Shown here one piece after another: positions 25,222 to 32,000 of a stretch of 32,000 bases of DNA. Origin of the DNA: Hyperthermus butylicus DSM 5456. Its GTDB lineage: Archaea > Thermoproteota > Thermoprotei_A > Sulfolobales > Pyrodictiaceae. A program made the translations under genes and the position numbers. A model generated the notes under the pieces. It was not told the DNA's origin. It ran no database searches and saw nothing but the letters and a program-made list of their open reading frames with translations. The DNA lies in contig NC_008818.1 of assembly GCF_000015145.1 (NCBI RefSeq), forward strand, positions 930,001 to 962,000, given 5' to 3'. Numbering within the stretch: the first letter of the stretch is position 1; each line of letters begins with the position of its first letter.

Positions 25222-26241
25222 ATGCATCTAGGAGTCCACACTCCTGTCGAGGTGCCTGGTTACTTGGTTCTCGATACTAGGGTGATCCTCGAGCTTATAA
25301 GGGATAATATGAGAGTCCGCGGGCTGCCACTGCCTGTGCCGGAGGATGTGCTGTCAAAATGGACTCACGGTCTAAGCATTCCCCGCGATGGCGAGTATTT
25401 GCTATTTACTGGCGGGCTATATCAGCTCCTACCATACATCGAGGCTCTTGTGGGACAGCTTGAGAAGTTGGAGAAAGGCGTTATTGGAGGACTAGCGCTC
25501 AAGCTTGCTAAGAGAGTTGCAAAGATAAGCGAGCTTGCCAAGTTTGTTGCTAAACCCGATAAGAGGATGGAAGAGTTTTCGACAAAGGTTCTTCAGAGTA
25601 TTGTCGTGCTACTAGAGGCAGCTGGTGTAGACTTCTACTATAGGCCAGAGCTTGACGGGTATAGCGGTGCATTACTCTACGACCTTGGGCTTGACAAAAG
25701 CTTCCAGCAGCACGCCTTAAAGCTGTATGAGAGACTGCGGGAGGTGGGTGTACAGAAGATCGTTACGGTAGATCCCCACACCACGCATATGCTTCGCAAC
25801 GTATACCCCAGATACGTTGGGGGCTACTCGATAGAGGTCAAGTCATACCTCGAACTACTCTACGAGAACCTTGCCAAGCTAGAGTTCCAGAACGCCAGCG
25901 GTCCAGAGGTAGTGATACACGATCCCTGCCTCTATGCCAGGTTCGAAGACATACTTGAGCCGCCACGCCGCCTACTAGAGGCTGCAGGGTACCGCGTAGT
26001 AGAGCCTAGGAGGAGTGGCAGACTCACCTATTGCTGTGGCGGACCCATAGAGGCTGTAGCGCCAAGGCTTTCAAAGAGGATTGCCGAGAATAGGGTGGAA
26101 GAGCTCTCAAGCTACTCGACTATTATTGTCACACTCTGCCCGATATGCTATGCGAATCTGAGCCGCGTAGCTCCGGACAATACGCGTGTAGAGGATATAT
26201 CCATATTGCTTGCTGAGAGGCTGGTGAGCCGTGCCGGTTGA
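25222..26241 (+). CDS. CCG-domain Fe-S oxidoreductase (LutA/GlpC/HdrD-like)
   Basis: Cys-rich CCG-type motifs (DPCLYAR ... YCCGGP ... CPICYANL) and a degenerate first copy (VDPHTTHM). A TTTTTATG TATA-like element overlaps the ATG, so the GTG at 25252 is an alternative leaderless start. Confidence 0.75.
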   Translation: MHLGVHTPVEVPGYLVLDTRVILELIRDNMRVRGLPLPVPEDVLSKWTHGLSIPRDGEYLLFTGGLYQLLPYIEALVGQLEKLEKGVIGGLALKLAKRVAKISELAKFVAKPDKRMEEFSTKVLQSIVVLLEAAGVDFYYRPELDGYSGALLYDLGLDKSFQQHALKLYERLREVGVQKIVTVDPHTTHMLRNVYPRYVGGYSIEVKSYLELLYENLAKLEFQNASGPEVVIHDPCLYARFEDILEPPRRLLEAAGYRVVEPRRSGRLTYCCGGPIEAVAPRLSKRIAENRVEELSSYSTIIVTLCPICYANLSRVAPDNTRVEDISILLAERLVSRAG

Positions 26242-27448
26242 GAGGATTACCCTGCAGGAGGCTCTCCGCGAGATATACAGTGTGCTAGACGACGAGACGT
26301 TTCAGCGTGGCTTGAGGACTGGTGTTAGAAATGCTGAGGGGAGATTTCTGAAGATTCTAGCTGAACATCCTGAGCTGGAACAGCTTGCGAGGATGGTTGA
26401 GAAAGCTAAGAAGGAGGTGATATCAAAGATAGACTACTACATAGACATGGCTATGAAATCCCTTGAACGCGTACATGCTAGGGCCTACCTGGTTCACACA
26501 GCTGAGGAGGCGAGGGAAACGGTACTCCGCATTGTTGGGAGTCGTAAGCTTGTAATATTTTCGAAGAGTATGGTTGCCGAGGAGCTAAAGCTGAGGGAAG
26601 CGCTGGAGGAGGCCGGCAACGAGGTTTGGGAGACTGATATGGGTGAGCTGCTCATACAACTCAGCGGCGGGAAGCCAATGCATACTACTGCACCGGCAAT
26701 ACATATGTCCCGTTTTGAGGCTGCAAAGCTTCTATCGAAGAAGCTTGGAATCAGGCTATCCGAGAATCCCACACCAGAGGAGATAGTATCAGCTGTTCGG
26801 GACATCCTCCGGGACAAGTTTGTACGTGCAGATGTTGGGATAAGCGGAGGCAATGCGTTAGCAGCTGATTCAGGTTCAATAGTGCTAGTTGAGAACGAGG
26901 GCAATATTAGGCTAGTCACTGGATTGCCACCGGTGCACATAGCTATTATGGGTGTTGAAAAGATAGTTCCCACACTACAGCACGCCCTAGCAGCAGCCAT
27001 CGTACAAGCAGCTTGGGCTGGCTTGTACCCACCAACATACATAAATGTCATAAGTGGTCCAAGCTCAACATCAGATATTGAGAGGAAGAGAGTCTATGGT
27101 GCCCATGGTCCCCGCGAGGTCCATGTGGTACTCGTAGATAATGGTAGAGTTAGAGCAGCTAGACATGAGGTGCTCAGCGAGCAGCTCAAGTGTATTCGCT
27201 GTGGTAGGTGTCAGTGGGAGTGCCCAGTCTGGCAACAAACAGCTAACGTGTGGGGAGGCCCAGCGTACGGCGGCCCCATGGGCATTGGTTGGACAGCTAT
27301 AACCCTCGGCGTAAAGGAGGCGGCTGAGCTAAGCATGCTCTGCCTAAGCTGTGGCAGGTGTGACGAGGTGTGCCCGGTGCGTGTACCGTTATCCTCGATA
27401 ATCCGGTGGCTGAAGAGACAATATGCTAGCAGCTTGGATAAGGGCTAG
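26231..27448 (+). CDS. LutB-like protein: LUD (DUF162) domain plus two 4Fe-4S ferredoxin motifs
   Basis: CIRCGRCQWECPV and CLSCGRCDEVCPV follow a LUD-like N-terminal region. Overlaps the upstream gene by 11 nt. Confidence 0.8.
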   Translation: MPVERITLQEALREIYSVLDDETFQRGLRTGVRNAEGRFLKILAEHPELEQLARMVEKAKKEVISKIDYYIDMAMKSLERVHARAYLVHTAEEARETVLRIVGSRKLVIFSKSMVAEELKLREALEEAGNEVWETDMGELLIQLSGGKPMHTTAPAIHMSRFEAAKLLSKKLGIRLSENPTPEEIVSAVRDILRDKFVRADVGISGGNALAADSGSIVLVENEGNIRLVTGLPPVHIAIMGVEKIVPTLQHALAAAIVQAAWAGLYPPTYINVISGPSSTSDIERKRVYGAHGPREVHVVLVDNGRVRAARHEVLSEQLKCIRCGRCQWECPVWQQTANVWGGPAYGGPMGIGWTAITLGVKEAAELSMLCLSCGRCDEVCPVRVPLSSIIRWLKRQYASSLDKG

Positions 27449-27571
27449 AAGTGGTGTTTGCCCCCGACCCCCAGCCGTGAGGGTCCGCCGCTCATCCATC
27501 CCCAGCATACTGGGGTGTTGCGGCGGCGAGCCCCGCCAATTACAAACTATCCATAAGTGGGGGTTTAGGTT

Positions 27572-28228
27572 CTACGGCTCCTCGACTTCTGATGGAGCTA
27601 TGCAGCCGGTCTCGTAGGCTCTAACTACGGCTTCCCGTAGGGCCTTCGCTGCGTGGGAGTGTAGCTTACTACTCCATGTTGCATGTACTATACAATTATA
27701 GGCGTCTAGGGCTACATGTAGTAGCTTCCTCACGGTGTGACAGCTAGGGGGTCTTGTGCGGGCCCAGTAACGGAGCCTCGTGAGTGCTATTAGTAGCTCT
27801 ATGCTGCATCCGTAGCTCCTACTATAAGCGTGTACTGCTTCTCCGTCAATTCTCACATGTACGGGGTCGAAGTATACTATGAGGAAGCCAGGCTCAACCC
27901 TATGCCTTGCAGTCACAACGGCTTCAACGTGTATGCCTGGATACGCTATGCAGGGCACGTGGAGACTCTTCGATGGCTGTAGCGGGGGTGGAGGGCCTAG
28001 TATGGCCTCGTAGAATGGGTGGGGTGTTACTGGAAAGCTTATGCATGCCTCGTAGAAGGTCTCCCCTTCTTCTCGGAGCTGTGTGCCAGGGTAGAGTCTC
28101 GCTGCAAGCCTATCGTCACTAATGTATATGCCAAGGGGTGTCACGAGGATCTTGTGCCCCGAGGAGAGGACAGAGACCGACTCGTTGAACGAGCTTGTAT
28201 CGAGGATAGAGCGTAGAAGCTCGAACAT
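27572..28228 (-). CDS. Hypothetical His/Cys-rich protein (218 aa)
   Basis: ATG ORF with no recognised motif, head-to-head with the mptE-like gene. Confidence 0.5.
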   Translation of the reverse strand: MFELLRSILDTSSFNESVSVLSSGHKILVTPLGIYISDDRLAARLYPGTQLREEGETFYEACISFPVTPHPFYEAILGPPPPLQPSKSLHVPCIAYPGIHVEAVVTARHRVEPGFLIVYFDPVHVRIDGEAVHAYSRSYGCSIELLIALTRLRYWARTRPPSCHTVRKLLHVALDAYNCIVHATWSSKLHSHAAKALREAVVRAYETGCIAPSEVEEP

Positions 28229-28241
28229 AGTCTCCCCGAGC

Positions 28242-28946
28242 TTGTGGCTAGAGCTGTACGAGGATATTAGACGCGTAATGGGGTATAGTCGTGATGGGGA
28301 CTGTTATGCCGCAAAGCTGCTCTCAACATTGCTCCACGAGGCTGCCACCGAGGCGAGATATGTTGAGCTACGTGAGGTGTGCAGGCTCTTAGCGAGTTGC
28401 AGCACCATATGCGTAACCGGCGGCTCGGAAAGCCTTGAGAAGTGGGTGCACAGTCTAGGGTCAACTTGTGAGTGTATAGTGGCTGTTGACGGGTCTACAA
28501 GTCTACTCTTAGGTTACGGTATCAAGCCGGACATAGTCATAGGCGACTTGGATGGTTCGTGGCAAGCTACACTTGAGGCGGCAAGGACTGCTATCGTGGT
28601 AGTCCATGGGCACGGTGATAACATCGCTGCGCTGCGCTACATGGTTCCAAGGCTCCCGGCGGTTCATGGGACAGTGCAGTGTGAGCCAACACCGTATACT
28701 AGTCTCGTGCCTGGGTTTACGGATGGCGAACGTGCGCTTGGTTTAGCCCTCTTATGCGGCGTGGAAAGTATACATGTCTATGGAATGAATGTCCGTGAGA
28801 GGGTTGGCTGGTGGTCAAAGCCCTGGCTAAACCGGAGCGTGCCAGCTTGGGGTGAGAAGGCGCGTAAACTTGTAATTGCAGAGGCGGTGTTCAAGGCTTT
28901 TCGGGTGTATGCAGAGAGGAACAATATTAGGCTCGTGTGGCACTGA
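28242..28946 (+). CDS. mptE: 6-hydroxymethyl-7,8-dihydropterin diphosphokinase, MptE-like (DUF115)
   Basis: VTGGSESLEK ... VAVDGSTSLLLGYGIKPDIVIGDLDG ... HGHGDN matches the MptE/DUF115 pattern. The family N-terminus starts just before the W..Y..I motif, so the TTG at 28242 is preferred to the ORF-track start at 28122, which would overlap the divergent gene. Confidence 0.78.
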   Translation: MWLELYEDIRRVMGYSRDGDCYAAKLLSTLLHEAATEARYVELREVCRLLASCSTICVTGGSESLEKWVHSLGSTCECIVAVDGSTSLLLGYGIKPDIVIGDLDGSWQATLEAARTAIVVVHGHGDNIAALRYMVPRLPAVHGTVQCEPTPYTSLVPGFTDGERALGLALLCGVESIHVYGMNVRERVGWWSKPWLNRSVPAWGEKARKLVIAEAVFKAFRVYAERNNIRLVWH

Positions 28947-29938
28947 TGAGGGAATATTATGCTGAAGGTGTAGGAGTGATGACTCGGTTCTCGGCTGAGC
29001 GTCCATCCCATGTAAGAATCTCCACAGGTGCTAGGATTCACCTCGGCTTCTACGGGCTATGCAGATCTCACGGCAGGATACTTGGTGGTATGGGCCTTGC
29101 CGTAGACGGGGTTGGCTACACAGTCAAGGCGAGAGCTGGCAGGGATGGTGTTACAGGCTGCCAGAGCCATAGGGTTAGAGAGATCCTAGAAAAGGCCGTG
29201 AATGATCTTAACGCTCTTCCAGGCCCAGTCTCTGTTAAGGTTGAGACTTGTATACCGGAGCACGTGGGCCTCGGCTCTACAACCCAGCTAACACTCGCAA
29301 TATATGCTGCTGTGGGGCTCCTAGCTGGCAAGAGTATCCGAGAGTCCGTTGAAGTTGCTGCTAGGGGGCCTTACTCCGGCATAGGTGTTGGCACGTTCCT
29401 CTACGGTGGCTTCATAGTCGATGCAGGTGTTAGGATTGGTAGTAGGCTTGCAAGGCCAGTGTTTAGGGCAGAGTTTCCCAGCGAGTGGCGTATAGTTGCG
29501 GTCATACCGGAGACGGAATGGAGGGTTGCCGAGGGCCCAAAGGAGGACGCGATGGTTGAGCTCCCGGAGGGCAGTAAGGAGCTATGTTCTAGGGCCATGG
29601 AGGCGTTGCTGCGCCTAATAGCTCCGGGTATTGCCGAGAAGGACTTCGACCTTTTCACTAATGGTGTTGAGATGATCCAGAGACTTACAGGCGAATACTT
29701 CTCCGGGGTACAAGGAGGGCTCTACTGCTGCAGCGAGTCAGAGGAGGCTGCGAGGCTCATACACTCTCTTGGCGGAAGAGGTGTCGGACAGAGTAGTTGG
29801 GGCCCGCTAGTCTACGGGTTTTTCCCCTCTGAGGAGAAGGCGTTGAAGGCTTATGCAGGACTCGTTGAACGATATGGAGAGGAGCGCGTGCTCCTTCTGA
29901 GGCCGAGGAATAGGGGAGCAGTAGTTGAGGCGAACTAG
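28946..29938 (+). CDS. mptG: Beta-ribofuranosylaminobenzene 5'-phosphate (beta-RFAP) synthase
   Basis: GHMP-kinase-like fold motifs (ARIHLGF, GLGSTTQL). The TGATG stop/start overlap with mptE suggests translational coupling. Alternative starts are GTG 28937 and ATG 28979. Confidence 0.82.
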   Translation: MREYYAEGVGVMTRFSAERPSHVRISTGARIHLGFYGLCRSHGRILGGMGLAVDGVGYTVKARAGRDGVTGCQSHRVREILEKAVNDLNALPGPVSVKVETCIPEHVGLGSTTQLTLAIYAAVGLLAGKSIRESVEVAARGPYSGIGVGTFLYGGFIVDAGVRIGSRLARPVFRAEFPSEWRIVAVIPETEWRVAEGPKEDAMVELPEGSKELCSRAMEALLRLIAPGIAEKDFDLFTNGVEMIQRLTGEYFSGVQGGLYCCSESEEAARLIHSLGGRGVGQSSWGPLVYGFFPSEEKALKAYAGLVERYGEERVLLLRPRNRGAVVEAN

Positions 29939-29945
29939 TTTTGCC

Positions 29946-32000
29946 TCATGCTTCTCTCTCGTTTGCATCGTCTATGCTTGACTGCTCCTCACTTCTACTC
30001 TTGTGCTGTAGCTGACGCGGCTTCACGAAAAATTCTTGTGCTTCGTAAGTTGATATTATGCTCTCCGCTGGGATGCCTACGGGGGATTCCGAGTCCTTGC
30101 CATAGTAGTGCTTTAGTATCTTCCGAGCAAGCTCTTTGAGAGCAACCATTACGCTGTGGGGTCGTGTATGAAGCCCCTCAGCCACGGAGTCCCAGCTCCT
30201 ACCCTGGAGCACCTTAGATATAGCTATGTACTCCTCTTTCTTGCTTAGCGAGAGTCCCTTAGTCTTAGGGTACATTATCCAGTATGCCCTTATGAGTTCG
30301 TGAAGGACGTCGGCTACCGCCTCATATGTCATCGGGCCATAGGCATATATCCATAAGCGGTCTACCTGTATCGGTGTGAGAGCGGGGTAGTAGTTGTCGA
30401 ATATCGGGTTTCCAGTCTTCAATATGAGCATAGCCACCTCTGGCTCTAGGTCGCGGTAGGGATCGTGTAGGCTCTCTAGTAGTTTCCTCTTAAACTCTCT
30501 GTTAGCAATGTCTACGAGCCTAGTCATGGTCTCTGTTATCGGCTTTATCACTAGTATTGTGTATTCGCCGCTAACTGGGTTACGGTCAGGCGACATGTGG
30601 ACAGGGTAGAAACCATTCTTCACCCAGAACTTTAGTAGCTGCTCGTTAACGCCAAACCCGCTTCCAACCCAGTCAAGCCCTAGCTCCTTAGCCTCCTCGT
30701 ACACCTTTTCGAGAGCAAATGAGCCTATACCTCTACCTTGCACCTCGGGATGCGTTGCAATTCTTACTATGCGCCAACCCCGTGCATGGCCAAACTCTCT
30801 TACTCTTAGGTGTTTTAGTGTCCTATCAGGTATGATGTTGCCTGGTGTCTTGCCTCCACGTAGTAACTCTTCAACCATCTCGTCGTCTAGGCCTCCCTCC
30901 TGGGCTATCTGCAGGGCACATACTATCTTTCCAGAGGGTAGTCTTACACCGCGTATGATGTGGTGAGGAGCGTCAGCTAGTATTGCTAGGTCATCCGGTT
31001 CATTCCGGTAGTGGGCCAAGACGTAAATGCCGAAGAGTTGGCGTAGTGTCTTCTCGCCCTCGGGACTGAAGAGTTCCCTTGGCTCAAACTTTACGTATTC
31101 AAACTGTTTGGCTTCTATAGCCTTTAGATCCTCTTCATCTAGCTCTGCTGGCTCGGCGTCAAGTAGTAGGGCGTCAAAGAGCCACCTCTCTATCGGATCA
31201 TCCTCGGCATACCTTATGGGCTCGTGCATTTCAACCTCTATAAGCTCCGTATTGGGATCGTTTTTGAGTGCCGGTAGAAACCTTACTGAGAATCCTCTCC
31301 CAGCGCCCTCGTAGCCGTGTATAGTTGTTGCGAAGACTAGCTTCCGGTGGCTCCGCCATATCTTGTGTAGGAGTGGAATATGCATGCCAGCTGCCTCGTC
31401 AACTATCACTATATCGGCCTTCAGCCTTGGTACATGTATTGGCTCCCAATACTCTATGCTAAACCCTTTACCGTGTATCTCGAGGATATTGTCGCCCCGT
31501 CTTACGATGTGTGTCTTAAGCTCTAGCTTTTCCGCTGCTTTGAGCGCTAGTGTAAAGAATGACTGTACATTGCTAAGGTTTGGTGCTGTGACAACTATAC
31601 GTACACGGCCAAGTTCCTTCCGCAGCCTAGCAGCGAGGCCTATTGATGCTATGCCTACGGCTCCAGACTTGCCACGTCCCCTATCCGATGTTATTATTAT
31701 AGCTCTACGCTTCTTCTTAGGCTTCTCTAGAAGGGATTCGAGAACCTTTATGACATTCACCTGGTCCTGTGTCAGTGCAAGCTCGTATAGCTCTCTGGGG
31801 AACTCCGTCTTCTCCGGTATCTCTATCTTCTGCTCGGTCCTCCTCCTTAACGGGTAGTCGTCAGCTTTTATTATTTCACCATCGTCAGTGTCAAATATAA
31901 ATATGCCCTTGTGGTCTAAAAGTTTCCTCTTAAACCAGCTAATGAAGACGTGGCGTGGTTCATTGTAGCCTGGCACTACAAGGTTTTGTTTGAATATCGT
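29946..32000 (-). CDS. tmcA: tRNA/RNA cytidine N4-acetyltransferase (TmcA/Nat10 homolog), N-terminus beyond the window edge
   Basis: Walker A SDRGRGKSG, helicase-like ATPase domain and GNAT motif RIATHPEVQGRGIGS. The reading frame stays open from 31976 to the window edge, so the gene is truncated here. Confidence 0.88.
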   Translation of the reverse strand, partial: TIFKQNLVVPGYNEPRHVFISWFKRKLLDHKGIFIFDTDDGEIIKADDYPLRRRTEQKIEIPEKTEFPRELYELALTQDQVNVIKVLESLLEKPKKKRRAIIITSDRGRGKSGAVGIASIGLAARLRKELGRVRIVVTAPNLSNVQSFFTLALKAAEKLELKTHIVRRGDNILEIHGKGFSIEYWEPIHVPRLKADIVIVDEAAGMHIPLLHKIWRSHRKLVFATTIHGYEGAGRGFSVRFLPALKNDPNTELIEVEMHEPIRYAEDDPIERWLFDALLLDAEPAELDEEDLKAIEAKQFEYVKFEPRELFSPEGEKTLRQLFGIYVLAHYRNEPDDLAILADAPHHIIRGVRLPSGKIVCALQIAQEGGLDDEMVEELLRGGKTPGNIIPDRTLKHLRVREFGHARGWRIVRIATHPEVQGRGIGSFALEKVYEEAKELGLDWVGSGFGVNEQLLKFWVKNGFYPVHMSPDRNPVSGEYTILVIKPITETMTRLVDIANREFKRKLLESLHDPYRDLEPEVAMLILKTGNPIFDNYYPALTPIQVDRLWIYAYGPMTYEAVADVLHELIRAYWIMYPKTKGLSLSKKEEYIAISKVLQGRSWDSVAEGLHTRPHSVMVALKELARKILKHYYGKDSESPVGIPAESIISTYEAQEFFVKPRQLQHKSRSEEQSSIDDANEREA

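Overview
Function calls below come from reading motifs by eye. No database search was possible.

The window reads as a compact core-chromosome segment of a hyperthermophilic crenarchaeon. The markers are reverse gyrase, Alba, GatD/GatE, archaeal TBP, archaeal-type GAPDH, eS30 and a Nat10/TmcA homolog. Coding G+C is somewhat above 50%. A Desulfurococcales or Pyrodictiaceae-like source is my guess and cannot be verified here.

About 30 protein genes are supportable, most of them housekeeping:
- protein disulfide oxidoreductase
- gatE-gatD
- rps30e (52 aa, absent from the ORF track)
- albA
- rgy
- nadE
- nnr
- tbp
- a universal stress protein
- pgk-gap
- an Lhr-type helicase
- tpiA and trpS
- a LutA/LutB-like Fe-S pair
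- mptE-like plus beta-RFAP synthase (methanopterin-type pterin pathway)
- tmcA, which runs off the right edge

No rRNA, tRNA, CRISPR array or transposase was found.

Items worth a second look:
1. A canonical but unannotated C/D box sRNA lies downstream of gatE.
2. An 81-nt nested perfect hairpin begins in the nnr stop codon.
3. A 0.73-kb AT-rich island between 14639 and 15371 has no credible ORF.
4. A head-to-head cluster pairs the Lhr helicase with an RHH / winged-helix / Cas4-like nuclease / PHP phosphoesterase gene string. No CRISPR-cas context is visible. This is the best candidate for an uncharacterised nucleic-acid repair or defence module.
5. A three-gene operon of unknown function lies next to tbp, and its first product has a PIN-like acidic signature.
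6. A His/Cys-rich orphan sits head-to-head with the pterin genes.

Several ORF-track starts look too long. gatD, albA, rgy, tbp, tpiA, the RHH gene and mptE were trimmed using family N-termini and TATA positions. All trimmed starts remain provisional.
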